In this document: one piece after another, positions 1-9,928 of the stretch
How positions within the stretch are numbered: position 1 is the first letter of the stretch
Layout of the letters: each line of letters opens with the position of its first letter
DNA from: Muribaculaceae bacterium
Lineage (GTDB): Bacteria > Bacteroidota > Bacteroidia > Bacteroidales > Muribaculaceae
Direction: 5' to 3'
Length of the DNA: 64,000 nt
Assembly (NCBI GenBank): GCA_017619935.1
Contig: JAFZRJ010000020.1
Span: 2,633-66,632 of the forward strand
Made by a program: the position numbers and the translations under genes
Notes under the pieces: generated by a model
Seen by the model: the letters and a program-made list of their open reading frames with translations, nothing else
Database searches by the model: none
What the model was told of the DNA's origin: nothing

Positions 1-782
1 TGAAAAAGTTATCTATATTTGCATTGTTGGCATTGTGCTGGAGCGGTGTTGCATTGGCTCAGTCCGACGACTACACTCCGCTGTTGCGTGAGGGCGTGAA
101 GTGGGTATATGCCGAAGAGTATACCGACTATGCCAAAAACGCAACAATGGATGATATGAATACCGAAACAAAAAAACGGTTATACACCATTGAGTTGTAT
201 GGCGACACAATTATTGACAATGTTTCGTACAAGAAGGTTTATCGACATTCTGATGACCTTTGGAACGACACTTGGTTTCAAGGCACTCCCGATTGTAGCC
301 GTATGCTGCCTATAGCATGTCTGCGAGAAGATGGTAGAACGGTTTATGCCCGAGTACTTAATGATCGATGTGGAGAGATAAGCCCTTGGTTCAACCACCT
401 GAAAGATGAAACGGAACAAGGTCATGAAGTGATTCTTTATGACTTCCAAGAGCGTGAAAATGGATTATTCAAACATTATGGCACAGTTGTAGTGGGGGCC
501 AGTATCAAAGAAACCTTTGTCAATCCTGAAACAGGAATCATCATTACAGAAGGCTTAGGTGTTATAGCTCCTGGTGGTGAATTAGTAATGATAGACTATC
601 TAGAGTGCAGAACAGGATACCCCAATGACATCGTCACCCTGCATCACGTGGAGGATGCTGATGGAAACGTCATATATAAAGGACCAGGATGTGATGCTGG
701 CAATTCCTGCGACGTGAACGGCGACGGCAAGGTGGATGTTGAGGACGTGAACATAGTCATCAACACCATCCTGTCGAATTAA
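1..782 (+). CDS. Exported protein with C-terminal dockerin-like (EF-hand) repeat; the A of the ATG lies just outside the window
   Basis: The window starts TG AAA AAG TTA, in frame with ORF 24..782, giving a signal peptide MKKLSIFALLALCWSGVALAQ. The C-terminus DVNGDGKVDVEDVNIVINTIL is one dockerin type I-like Ca-binding repeat. Confidence 0.75.
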   Translation, partial: KKLSIFALLALCWSGVALAQSDDYTPLLREGVKWVYAEEYTDYAKNATMDDMNTETKKRLYTIELYGDTIIDNVSYKKVYRHSDDLWNDTWFQGTPDCSRMLPIACLREDGRTVYARVLNDRCGEISPWFNHLKDETEQGHEVILYDFQERENGLFKHYGTVVVGASIKETFVNPETGIIITEGLGVIAPGGELVMIDYLECRTGYPNDIVTLHHVEDADGNVIYKGPGCDAGNSCDVNGDGKVDVEDVNIVINTILSN

Positions 783-801
783 GTCATCAGCTGTTCGGTG
801 A

Positions 802-904
802 GTGCTGAAGGCACGACGCAATACAGGCCGGGGTGAAGCGAGAGCGGAGCCCCGGTTTTCATTATGCCCCACCCCAAAAAGCAAGCTCTGAAGGAGCGAC
901 ACAA
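802..904. repeat. REP-like palindromic cluster
   Basis: Two direct hairpin units, GTGC-TGAAG-GCAC-GACGCAA (802) and GCTC-TGAAG-GAGC-GACACAA (885), flank the imperfect palindrome CCGGGGTGAAGCG-AGAG-CGGAGCCCCGG (828-855). Confidence 0.55.
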
Positions 905-923
905 CTAGTGCTGATGTGGAGGA

Positions 924-1204
924 GTGTGTCGAAGACGCGCACGGCCTCGTTGAGGCCGCTCATATTAAAGACCATGCAAGCAACATCGAAGATGTGCGCC
1001 GCTTGGTCACAAGCCACGACTCAGGGCGGTGCGTCGAAGACGAACTTCTGCGTCGTCTTTGGCGCTGCAGGCTCCGGTTGAAGTTTCTCTCCGAGGCACC
1101 TGTTTGCTTGTCCGTCATGGACCAAGCAGCGAGGCCCTCCGGCCCTCTCGCATGGTCCTTAACATGATAAGCCCCTCCGGGGCATTTAACGTCTTCGATG
1201 TCGC
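924..1204 (-). repeat. GNA-triloop hairpin doublet element, copy 1 (reverse orientation, diverged)
   Basis: 1000-1068 is the near-exact reverse complement of about 47135-47203. The flanking hairpins and the GACCATGC/GCTTGGTC motifs are conserved. Confidence 0.9.
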
Positions 1205-1237
1205 AAAAGTAGTCGACGGATAGGTGGTGGAAAAGAA

Positions 1238-1266
1238 AAGCAGCGCCAGTTTGTTTGGTGCTGCTT
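1238..1266. terminator. Intrinsic terminator downstream of porW/sprE (probably bidirectional)
   Basis: AAGCAGCGCCA-gtttgtt-TGGTGCTGCTT stem with an A-run on the left, directly after the porW stop codon. Confidence 0.6.
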
Positions 1267-1267
1267 G

Positions 1268-4200
1268 TTATTTGCGGCGGTTTCTGACCGAGCGATTGGG
1301 GTCGTTTTGATTGCCGCTGTTGTTGGAACCGCTGTTGCTGCTGGTGCCGTTGATGTCGTCATCAAGGGGGTTGCCGGTAGTGGTCGGGTTCGTGGTGTTG
1401 CCGGTGGCATTGCTGCCTCCGGGCGAGCTAGGTGTCGTTTCACTGCTTGGAGTGTTGGACTTGTCGCTGTTGGCATCCGGCTTGCCCGGTTTGGTTGACT
1501 TGCTGGAGTTGCCCTTATCCTTGTTTTTGTCCTTGTCTTTGTCTTTTGACGATTTCTGACGGTCTTTTTGCGACTGCTTGCGCTCATCCTGCTTGGCCTT
1601 GCGCTCGGCTTCACGTTCTTTTTGCCGTTGCTTGGTGGCTTCGGCCTTTTCCTTTTGCTGTTGTTTTTTCAGTTTGGCCTTTTCTTTGCGTTCTTTTTCT
1701 TTCTGTTTTTGGCGCTCCTTGCGCTCTTTCTCACGCTGTTTGCGCTCTTGTTGTTTGAGCTTGGCGGCCTCTTTACGCTCTTTCTCTTTGAGTTTGCGTG
1801 CCTCTTCCTGTTCTTGTTGCTTGTCCTTGATGGCTTGCTCACGCGACTTCTGCTCGCGCTTCACCGAGTCGGCACGATGCTTGTAACGGTTCTCGCGAGC
1901 CTTGTCGGCGTCACGCATGGCCCGTTCACGGTCTTTTTCGGCCTGCTTGATGGAGTCTTGGCGCATTTGCTCTTGTTGCTCCTTGAGCCGTTTGGCCTCT
2001 TTTTCTTGTTCGCGACGTTCTTTTTCACGCTGTTTCGCCTCACGTTCACGTTGCTTGGCTTCATAGCGGTCGCGTTGTTTCTCGCTCACGTTGCCCAGGT
2101 GGTCTTCCTTGTTCGGCTTGGTTTGCTTCACCGTCTTGGTGGGTTGATCTTGAGGTTTGGGCTGATCATCCTGTTTCACTTGCGGCTTGGCAGGCTGTTG
2201 CACGGCGGTGGTGTCGGCGACTGGAGCGGTCGGCTTCACAGCCGTGGTATCGGCCTCTGGGGCAGCGGGCTTCACGTCGATGGTGTCGGTCAGGGCTGTC
2301 GGCTTCACGGCTGTGGAGTCGGCCACCGTAGCGGCGGGTTTCACCGCAGTGGTGTCGGTCTGAGCCACAGACTGCTTGTTATCCTCATCCTTCTTCGGCT
2401 TTTCGGCTTTCTTAGCCTCGTCGCGTTTCTTGTCTTTGACCGTTTTCTTAGGCTCGGCGGACTTGTCGTCGGGTTTTTCTTCCGATTTCGCCTCCACTTT
2501 CTCCTCGTTTTTGCCTTCGAGGTAATCGAAGTAGTCTTCAAACGAGCGTCCCTCATTGAGCAGTAACTGGAAGTTGCTCTCGCTGATGAGCACCAAGTGC
2601 ACTTGCGGTGGGATGGCCATGCTCTCGTCTTGCTCAAAGATGGTGCGGTAGTGCTTCACCTCGTCAAAGTTCTGGAAGCCTTTCACCACGAGGAGTCCCA
2701 GTCGTCCGAATGTCATCTGCTCCAGGTCGTAATCCTTCACTTTAAATGAGGTGAAGTTGTGACGTGCCACCTCGTAGAGCAGCATGTTGGTGCTGACCGA
2801 GTCGGTGGGATAGAGCAGGATGAACACCTGCGGCTTGTCGTTGTCCTCGGCAAATGGTGTAAATTTCCGCTCCAGCGCTTCTGGTGTGGTGTCGTTGCTC
2901 AGTCGGGTGGACCAAATCATACCGCGGGCATTGCTGCCACCACCGGCGAGTTTGCGCCCGGCGTTAAGTTGCTTGACAATCGACGACGCGGTGGGCGTGA
3001 TGTCGGTCTCGGGATAGCGCTGCAGCATCTCTTTGAGCACTTCCTTGAACTTGTCGTACTGGTGCTGGGTGACGTAGCTCAACGCGTCGATGAACATGAA
3101 CTTGGGCATGATTTTCGACAACGGATACTTACGCATCATCTCGGCGTAGGCTTCGTGCACAGCGTCGTTGTTGTTGGCAAGGTAATTGGCGTAGGCGGCT
3201 GCGTACATGTTCTCCTGGTCACGATTCATGTTCTTCAGGTTGTCGAAGTAGTTGGGGTCTTGCAGGGCCATGCCATACTTTGAATCGGCGAAATCAGAGA
3301 TGATGAGGTCACGATAAATGTTGGCGCGACTCGTCTGCCCACTACGCATGAACATGAGGTACATGTTATAGTAAACGTCGAGGCGGTAGATGTTGTCGGG
3401 ATAACGGGTGAGCAGTTCGTTGAATTGCGACGCCGAGGCATCGAAATCCTCCAACTTGTCCTTGAGGATGACACCCATGTTGTAAAGTCCCTCTTGAATG
3501 ATGTCGTGAGCCGCTTGAATTTGCTCCTCGGTCTTGGGAATCTGCTTGAGGTAGTATTCTTCGTAATGCGGGTCTTCGGCACGCTTGAGCGCTTCTTGGT
3601 CAACTTTGGTGGAGTCGTTTCCGATGCTGTCGTTCAAGGCCAGTTTTGTGGTATCGCCAGGGGCGGATTCTTCATCGCTGAACGAGAACGTGTTCTTGTT
3701 GCGGCGGCGCCAGTTATCTTCCAGTTTTCGGTTACCCCAAGTCTGTTGGAACGTCGTCTTGCCGGCATTCTTGGTGGCGGTGTTATAGAAGTACCACGAT
3801 TTGTCGTTGTTCATTTGGAACGACTGCGGCGCGTTTTTGTCATTACCTAACTGGTTGCCTTTGGCATTCTGCTGAGCGAGGTATTCCTCTCGGGCGGCGT
3901 TTTCCTTTTCTTCTTTTTCTTTTTTCTTGAGTTCGTCGATGATTTTTTTGATAATCGCTTTCACCTCGGCATCGCTCATCTTCGAGAGTTTGAGCAACGA
4001 GTCTTGCAGCGTGACGTTTTGGGCATACACCGCCAACTCATCGAGCACGTCGCTGCGGTGCTTGAGCATCTTGTAGTTGGGGTAGTCCTCGTTGAGTTGC
4101 GGAATGGCTTCGGCGTAGCAGGGTTGCGCCAGGTCGTACTTGTGCTGGGCGAAATAGACACCGCCCAGTGTGATTTGGCTGATGGCCTTGTCAATGCCGT

Positions 4201-5263
4201 TGCGGGTGCTTTTTTCGGCGGCCTTGACGTAGTTCTCAATGGCGTTGACTGTGTCTTCGCGCATGAGGTAGAGGTTGCCAATGGCATAGTAAATTTGGTC
4301 GAGGTAATCCTTGTTACGGTCGTAGCGAGTCATGTGTTTCAATGCCCTCACTTCGCCTCCGATGTCATAACCCTGGAACACGGCGCTCTGCTTGATGCGC
4401 GCATTGAATTTGGTGCGGTACGACGAACTGCTGCTGCTTCCCGCCCGCTTGTAGGCTTGGTACGCCATCTCTTTGTCGCCAGTCTCTTCGTAGAGTTGTC
4501 CGAGCAAGAAGTTGAGTCGCACTTTCTGGGCTCCATGGGCTTTCTTCACGGCTTCGGCGAGGTAGGGGATGGCTTGTTCGGTGTGTTTCTCCTTGATGTA
4601 GTAATCGGCAAACGCCAGATTGGCAAGACTGCGGATTCGGCTGTTCTCGATTTGGTCCAGATGGACGTGCGTGAGCACGTTGTCGGCTTCCGAGTTCCAC
4701 CCCATGGCGGTGTAGCACAGCGCTTCCCAAATCTGGGCCTCTTGTGCCAGGTCGTTTTTCCAAGTGAAGTGGCGATAGATATACCGGAAAGTGGCCGATG
4801 CCTCGAGGAAGTCACCTTTCATGTATTCGGACTTGGCCAGCAAGTACCAAGCGTTGTGCAGGAAGGGGTTGTACTCTTCACGCGACATCCACTCGCGGTA
4901 TTTGGGGTCGGCCTGCTTGCCATTCTTTTTGTTCGGCTTTTTCTTGATGGAGTGAAGCGCGATGGCCTTCTGCATCTTTTCTATGGTGCGGTCAAAGCTG
5001 CCTTTGGGCTGTGGCGACTTGGGGTTGCTGCGCGCTTCGGCGGGGTGGATGAATACGCGCTGCGAGTAGTCGTCTTCATACTCATTCTCCAGTTCCTTGA
5101 TTTGCTCATCATAGTGTGTCTTGCCGTGGTAGTACACGTTATAGCGCGTGTTCATCGCTTGCCAAAAACGCGAACCGGCCGTGTTCTTCTTGGTGCTGCA
5201 AGCCTGCAGCACAAGCGTGAACACCAGCAACAACAATGGTATGTGGCGAATCAATTTTTTCAT
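1268..5263 (-). CDS. porW: Type IX secretion system TPR lipoprotein PorW/SprE with a long low-complexity C-terminal extension
   Basis: Lipobox LQAC is followed by STKKNTAGSRFWQAMNTRYNVYYHG, multiple TPRs and WYFYN...WGNRKLEDNWRR, motifs typical of SprE/PorW. Likely start MKKLIRH at 5263. Confidence 0.85.
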   Translation of the reverse strand: MKKLIRHIPLLLLVFTLVLQACSTKKNTAGSRFWQAMNTRYNVYYHGKTHYDEQIKELENEYEDDYSQRVFIHPAEARSNPKSPQPKGSFDRTIEKMQKAIALHSIKKKPNKKNGKQADPKYREWMSREEYNPFLHNAWYLLAKSEYMKGDFLEASATFRYIYRHFTWKNDLAQEAQIWEALCYTAMGWNSEADNVLTHVHLDQIENSRIRSLANLAFADYYIKEKHTEQAIPYLAEAVKKAHGAQKVRLNFLLGQLYEETGDKEMAYQAYKRAGSSSSSSYRTKFNARIKQSAVFQGYDIGGEVRALKHMTRYDRNKDYLDQIYYAIGNLYLMREDTVNAIENYVKAAEKSTRNGIDKAISQITLGGVYFAQHKYDLAQPCYAEAIPQLNEDYPNYKMLKHRSDVLDELAVYAQNVTLQDSLLKLSKMSDAEVKAIIKKIIDELKKKEKEEKENAAREEYLAQQNAKGNQLGNDKNAPQSFQMNNDKSWYFYNTATKNAGKTTFQQTWGNRKLEDNWRRRNKNTFSFSDEESAPGDTTKLALNDSIGNDSTKVDQEALKRAEDPHYEEYYLKQIPKTEEQIQAAHDIIQEGLYNMGVILKDKLEDFDASASQFNELLTRYPDNIYRLDVYYNMYLMFMRSGQTSRANIYRDLIISDFADSKYGMALQDPNYFDNLKNMNRDQENMYAAAYANYLANNNDAVHEAYAEMMRKYPLSKIMPKFMFIDALSYVTQHQYDKFKEVLKEMLQRYPETDITPTASSIVKQLNAGRKLAGGGSNARGMIWSTRLSNDTTPEALERKFTPFAEDNDKPQVFILLYPTDSVSTNMLLYEVARHNFTSFKVKDYDLEQMTFGRLGLLVVKGFQNFDEVKHYRTIFEQDESMAIPPQVHLVLISESNFQLLLNEGRSFEDYFDYLEGKNEEKVEAKSEEKPDDKSAEPKKTVKDKKRDEAKKAEKPKKDEDNKQSVAQTDTTAVKPAATVADSTAVKPTALTDTIDVKPAAPEADTTAVKPTAPVADTTAVQQPAKPQVKQDDQPKPQDQPTKTVKQTKPNKEDHLGNVSEKQRDRYEAKQREREAKQREKERREQEKEAKRLKEQQEQMRQDSIKQAEKDRERAMRDADKARENRYKHRADSVKREQKSREQAIKDKQQEQEEARKLKEKERKEAAKLKQQERKQREKERKERQKQKEKERKEKAKLKKQQQKEKAEATKQRQKEREAERKAKQDERKQSQKDRQKSSKDKDKDKNKDKGNSSKSTKPGKPDANSDKSNTPSSETTPSSPGGSNATGNTTNPTTTGNPLDDDINGTSSNSGSNNSGNQNDPNRSVRNRRK

Positions 5264-5353
5264 TATCGTTCGGGTCACATAGTGGCCCTCGTCATACAAA
5301 TAACGCAATACCTATTATTTTATTGCATCGGTAATCCTTCAAACCCGATTCGG

Positions 5354-5776
5354 TCATGACTTGGGCGGGTGCTCGCTGGCAAGCGCGACCACTTCGCGGT
5401 ACAGTTCAGATGGCAGCTTGATGCCACGGCGTGAGATGCTCTGGTACCACGGCATGATTTCATCGTGGCGCAGGGTGTAAATCACGTCTCGGAATTGCTC
5501 CAGTTCCTCATCGGTGTATGATTCGGGGGCTCTGCCTTTGAATGAGTCGAGTTCTTCATCGTCAAAATAAACGATTTTTTCTTCGCACACGCCTTTTAGC
5601 AACTGTTCGCTGGGGCAGGTTTCGCGCAGCACGCAACTGGTGTCGGCGCATCCAGTGGACGACTTTGTGCTGTCGGCCGAAACGGTTTCTTGATGATGAG
5701 AGTTTCGGCGGTCAAGCAAGTAGAGCGCAAGCCCCACCACAACCAGCAATCCTAATAATATTAATGATGGTTTCAT
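5354..5776 (-). CDS. Conserved Bacteroidales membrane-anchored hypothetical protein
   Basis: N-terminal TM, Cys cluster, and a YFDDEELDSFKGR...FRDVIYTL motif. Confidence 0.7.
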   Translation of the reverse strand: MKPSLILLGLLVVVGLALYLLDRRNSHHQETVSADSTKSSTGCADTSCVLRETCPSEQLLKGVCEEKIVYFDDEELDSFKGRAPESYTDEELEQFRDVIYTLRHDEIMPWYQSISRRGIKLPSELYREVVALASEHPPKS

Positions 5777-6411
5777 TCTACTAGATTTGCTGTAATTTTC
5801 CCTTCAAAAAGACTATCGAGAAACAAGGCTATTTTTTTCACCTCCCTACTGTCGCCGTATAATTCCAACTTTTTGTTGGGACGTATAACAAATTCATAGT
5901 TTTTCATAAGTATCTCATTATCTGTTGACTTCACCTCACAAGTGTGCTTGATAACGAATCCGGCAAATTCTGGATAACTATTTCTTATTATAGCAGCATA
6001 ATCATTCACGTCTTTGATTCTCGGATCTATGAAATAATGCCTATCACACTTTGCCAACTCTAAGAATTCTGTTGCATCCTTGCCACCTTTTTTCCACTCG
6101 GCAATATAAAAATGATAATCATAAATATTCTTTTGCAGTTTTTGTGCCGCCACAAAGATATATGGATTATATAATACATCGTTACTAAGTATAGGTGCAA
6201 ATCGAGTTCGTATGGGATGGTAGCTATCAGGATTTTCTAGACGAGATGCCATGAATTTCGCCAAACGCTCATCTATACTATTTACTATCTCATGCTGCAA
6301 TTTATTTTGAGCCTCGGCTATCTTTTGTTCCTTGGTCTTTGAAATGCATGACACAGTGATTAGAAGAACAAATATTAATGTAGTCAATAACTGATATATA
6401 CACTTCTTCAT
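5773..6411 (-). CDS. AT-rich putative lipoprotein (accessory insertion)
   Basis: MKKCIYQLL...LITVSC lipobox. ATGA overlaps with both neighbours. Visibly lower GC than the flanks. Confidence 0.65.
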   Translation of the reverse strand: MKKCIYQLLTTLIFVLLITVSCISKTKEQKIAEAQNKLQHEIVNSIDERLAKFMASRLENPDSYHPIRTRFAPILSNDVLYNPYIFVAAQKLQKNIYDYHFYIAEWKKGGKDATEFLELAKCDRHYFIDPRIKDVNDYAAIIRNSYPEFAGFVIKHTCEVKSTDNEILMKNYEFVIRPNKKLELYGDSREVKKIALFLDSLFEGKITANLVE

Positions 6412-7646
6412 AATATATTCTCTATTAAGAAATTGGCATTTGATAAGTCTTGCCAAAACATAGGGTAACTTTTCTTGACCACTTCGGCATGCTCAATGAT
6501 GATGCCCGGGTGGCGTGTGGCTGCCAACGCTAGCGCCATGGCAATGCGGTGGTCGTTGTGCGGGTTGATGTGTGGCTCGGGTTGCGGGTCGCAGGTCTCG
6601 AAATGCCAGTTGACGGCTTCACGGCCTTCGAGTTGAATCAAGTAGCCCAATTTGGCGATTTCGTCTCGGAGCACTTCCAGCCGGTCGCTCTCCTTGATGG
6701 CGAGTGTTCTTAGTCCGGTCAAGCGGAATGGTCGTCCCAGCAGGCACAGCATCGTGATGAGGGTGGGCGCAAGGTCGGGGGTGCCGTTGAGGTCGGCAAA
6801 GGTCGAGCAGCAACAGCATGCCGTTTGACTCATGTCCAGCGACAATAGACCATCTTCATCCCACTGGGCACGCATGCCCATCTGTTGCATGAACGTCAGC
6901 ATTCGGCTGTCGCCCTGCCAACTGTCGGGTTGCAGCCCCGTCAGACTGATGCGTGAGTGGGGGAGCAGGGCCTGTAGCGCGAGCCAGTAGCTGGCTGCAC
7001 TCCAATCGGTTTCTATATCGAGCCTGCTGGCAATGTATTCTCCAGCGGGAATAGCGATGATGTCGCCTTGCCAACTGGCGCTGATACCGAAGTGGCGCAT
7101 GATGGCGATGGTCATGTCGATGTATGGAGCCGACACCACTTCGCCTTCCAGTCGGATGTCCAAACCGCCGACAGTGGGGGCTATCAGCATCAATGCCGAC
7201 GCGAATTGCGAACTCACGTCGCCACGAATGCTGATGTGCCCGCCTCCTCGCAACGTCTTGCCGACAATGTGGAGCGGCGGGAAGCCTTCGTGGTGGCTAT
7301 ATTCAATGTGAGCGCCAAGTTGCCGCAAGGCATCGACGAGTGGAGCGATGGGCCGCTCGCGCATCCGTTCGCTGCCATCGATCATCACATCGTGTCCTGG
7401 TTGTGCGGCATGAAAGGCCGTGAGGAAACGCATGGCAGTACCGGCGGCGCCCACGTTGGCGGTGCCTTGTTTCATGTCCAATCCCTGCATCAAGGCGTGC
7501 GTGTCGTCGCACATGGCCACATTGGTTAGCGTGCAGGGAGTCTTGCTCAGTGCGTCAATCACCAAAGCGCGCGCCGTGATGCTCTTTGACGCGGGCAACA
7601 CGATGGTGGCTTCGGTGGCGGGCGGTGCTGTAATGCGGTAGTTCAT
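6408..7646 (-). CDS. aroA: 3-phosphoshikimate 1-carboxyvinyltransferase (EPSP synthase)
   Basis: LPASKS, GAAGTAMRF, RMRERPI, SSQFASAL, KESDR and DHRIAMA motifs. Confidence 0.95.
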   Translation of the reverse strand: MNYRITAPPATEATIVLPASKSITARALVIDALSKTPCTLTNVAMCDDTHALMQGLDMKQGTANVGAAGTAMRFLTAFHAAQPGHDVMIDGSERMRERPIAPLVDALRQLGAHIEYSHHEGFPPLHIVGKTLRGGGHISIRGDVSSQFASALMLIAPTVGGLDIRLEGEVVSAPYIDMTIAIMRHFGISASWQGDIIAIPAGEYIASRLDIETDWSAASYWLALQALLPHSRISLTGLQPDSWQGDSRMLTFMQQMGMRAQWDEDGLLSLDMSQTACCCCSTFADLNGTPDLAPTLITMLCLLGRPFRLTGLRTLAIKESDRLEVLRDEIAKLGYLIQLEGREAVNWHFETCDPQPEPHINPHNDHRIAMALALAATRHPGIIIEHAEVVKKSYPMFWQDLSNANFLIENIL

Positions 7647-7789
7647 AGGGTGCAAAATTACTCTTTTCAGAAGATTTCCCCAAGAAAAACCCCATTTTTT
7701 GTATCACAAACATCGGCAGTAAATACTGAATGTCATTTTGGTTGAGAACAAATTCGTGACTTCATTAGGCGTGTGTGGGAGAAAATGCG

Positions 7790-7797
7790 TAATTTTG
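7790..7797 (+). promoter_or_regulatory. Bacteroidetes sigma-A -7 element for cvpA-suf operon
   Basis: TAATTTTG (TAnnTTTG consensus) about 40 bp upstream of the cvpA start. Confidence 0.6.
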
Positions 7798-7838
7798 CAA
7801 ACTTAATGCAGTTTGAAACGAATTATTAGTTAAACGAT

Positions 7839-8411
7839 ATGACTTTTGTTGATACACTCATCTTGCTCATCGCATTGGGGGCGCTGGTCGTCGGTTGGCG
7901 CAAGGGCCTTATCAAGCAGATGGCTTCGCTGATAAGCTGGGCTGTCGGCATCGTCGTGTGCCTCTTCCTGGGCGACGAAGTGACGCAACTGTTCCTTGCC
8001 ATCAATCCCGATGCGGCCAACTGGCCACTGGCGAGCATCACGGTGAAAGCCGTGGCGCTGAGCATATTGTTTCTCGTGGTGACGCTGGTGCTGCGTGTGG
8101 TGAGTTACGTGACGCGCAAGGTGGTGAAGATGGCTCAGTTGGGGTGTCTCGACCGTGTGGGCGGAGCGGCGTTGTTCGCATTCAAGTACTTGTTCTTGCT
8201 GAGCATCGTGCTGAATTTGCTCTATGCCTATAATCCTGATGCCGACACGTTTGGCACTCGCCATGTGTTCAATAACAAGCCCTATGAATTCACGCTCGAC
8301 CTGATGCCGCGTGTGCTCGGTGCCGACGTGATGCCCAGCGACTCGTTGAAACTCTACCGCGAACCTGTTGCTGGTGATTCCATTGCGGCCAAACCACGAA
8401 CCGGAGTATGA
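7839..8411 (+). CDS. CvpA (colicin V production) family membrane protein
   Basis: Hydrophobic 4-TM protein with GWRKGLIKQ and [10 protein letters not shown] motifs. Confidence 0.85.
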   Translation: MTFVDTLILLIALGALVVGWRKGLIKQMASLISWAVGIVVCLFLGDEVTQLFLAINPDAANWPLASITVKAVALSILFLVVTLVLRVVSYVTRKVVKMAQLGCLDRVGGAALFAFKYLFLLSIVLNLLYAYNPDADTFGTRHVFNNKPYEFTLDLMPRVLGADVMPSDSLKLYREPVAGDSIAAKPRTGV

Positions 8412-9874
8412 AGAATCAAGAAGACAACAAAAAAGGCCATCAGCCCAAACAGGACGACATTTTGCATGATGCCGTCAACGAAGAGTATAAGTATGGGTTT
8501 GTGACCGATATTGACACCAATGTCATTCCCAAGGGGCTGAACGAAGACGTGGTGCGCCAAATTTCGGCGCTGAAGGACGAGCCGGAGTGGTTGTTGGAGT
8601 TTCGCCTGAAAGCGTTCCGCCACTGGCAGACGTTGCGTCAGCCCACATGGGGGCACCTGCATCTGCCGGAGATTGACTATCAGGATATCAGTTACTACGC
8701 CGCCCCCCGCAAGAAGAAAGAGGGCGAGATAGACCCCGAACTGGTGGAGACATTCGACAAACTGGGCATTCCCCTGAACGAGCGCAAAGCGCTGAGCGGT
8801 ATGGCGGTGGACGCGATTATGGATAGTGTGAGCGTGCGCACCACCTACAGTGAGCGTCTTGCCGAGTTGGGTGTCATTTTCTGCCCCATCAGCGAGGCTG
8901 TGCGTGACTATCCCGACCTGGTGCGCAAGTATTTGGGCAAAGTGGTGCCTTATACCGACAATTTCTTTGCGGCCTTGAATTCGGCGGTGTTCAGCGACGG
9001 GTCGTTTGTTTATATTCCCAAAGGCGTGCGTTGCCCCATGGAGTTGTCGTCATACTTCCGTATCAATGCGGCACAGACGGGCCAGTTTGAGCGCACACTC
9101 ATCGTGGCCGACGATGATGCCTACGTGAGTTATCTGGAAGGGTGCACTGCCCCGATGCGTGACGAGAACCAACTGCACGCGGCCATTGTCGAAATCATCG
9201 TTGAAGACCGCGCCGAGGTGAAGTACAGCACCGTGCAGAACTGGTATCCGGGCGACAAGGACGGAAGGGGAGGCATCTATAATCTTGTGACCAAACGTGG
9301 CCTGTGTCGTGGCGACCACAGCAAAATTTCGTGGACGCAGGTGGAAACGGGCAGCGCTATCACTTGGAAATACCCAAGTTGCATTCTCAAGGGCGACTAC
9401 TCGGTGGGTGAATTCTACAGTGTGGCGCTCACGCGCAACCGCCAGGAAGCCGACACGGGTACCAAGATGATACATCTGGGCAAGAATTCTCGCTCCACCA
9501 TCGTGAGCAAGGGCATCAGCGCCGGGCATAGCCAGAACAGTTACCGAGGACTGGTGCGCGTCGCCCCTAAGGCCACTGGCTGCCGCAACTATACGCAATG
9601 CGACAGTTTGTTGCTGAGCGACACCAGCGGAGCCCACACGTTCCCTGTGATAGAGGTGGGCAACGATTCGTCGATTGTGGAGCATGAAGCCACCACCAGC
9701 AAGATTAACGAAGACCAAATCTTCTACTGCAACCAACGCGGCATCAAGACCGAAGACGCGGTAGGGCTTATTGTCAATGGTTATGCCGATGAGGTGATGA
9801 CCAAGTTGCCCATGGAATTTGCCGTCGAGGCGCGCCGTCTGCTCTCGGTGTCGCTCGAAGGCTCTATCGGGTAG
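8408..9874 (+). CDS. sufB: Fe-S cluster assembly protein SufB
   Basis: [14 protein letters not shown]...[14 protein letters not shown] and KYSTVQNWY motifs. Confidence 0.97.
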   Translation: MKNQEDNKKGHQPKQDDILHDAVNEEYKYGFVTDIDTNVIPKGLNEDVVRQISALKDEPEWLLEFRLKAFRHWQTLRQPTWGHLHLPEIDYQDISYYAAPRKKKEGEIDPELVETFDKLGIPLNERKALSGMAVDAIMDSVSVRTTYSERLAELGVIFCPISEAVRDYPDLVRKYLGKVVPYTDNFFAALNSAVFSDGSFVYIPKGVRCPMELSSYFRINAAQTGQFERTLIVADDDAYVSYLEGCTAPMRDENQLHAAIVEIIVEDRAEVKYSTVQNWYPGDKDGRGGIYNLVTKRGLCRGDHSKISWTQVETGSAITWKYPSCILKGDYSVGEFYSVALTRNRQEADTGTKMIHLGKNSRSTIVSKGISAGHSQNSYRGLVRVAPKATGCRNYTQCDSLLLSDTSGAHTFPVIEVGNDSSIVEHEATTSKINEDQIFYCNQRGIKTEDAVGLIVNGYADEVMTKLPMEFAVEARRLLSVSLEGSIG

Positions 9875-9928
9875 TTTGTCCGCTGCGTAGAATGATAATA
9901 TACAGACATAAAAACAACGAAACCAGAT

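Noticed and set aside
833-1223. Short ORFs over the repeat elements (also 46996-47285 and 55054-55412)
   Set aside because: Their similarity to each other comes from the DNA repeat. Frames are not preserved between copies, and the changes conserve base pairing rather than codons.
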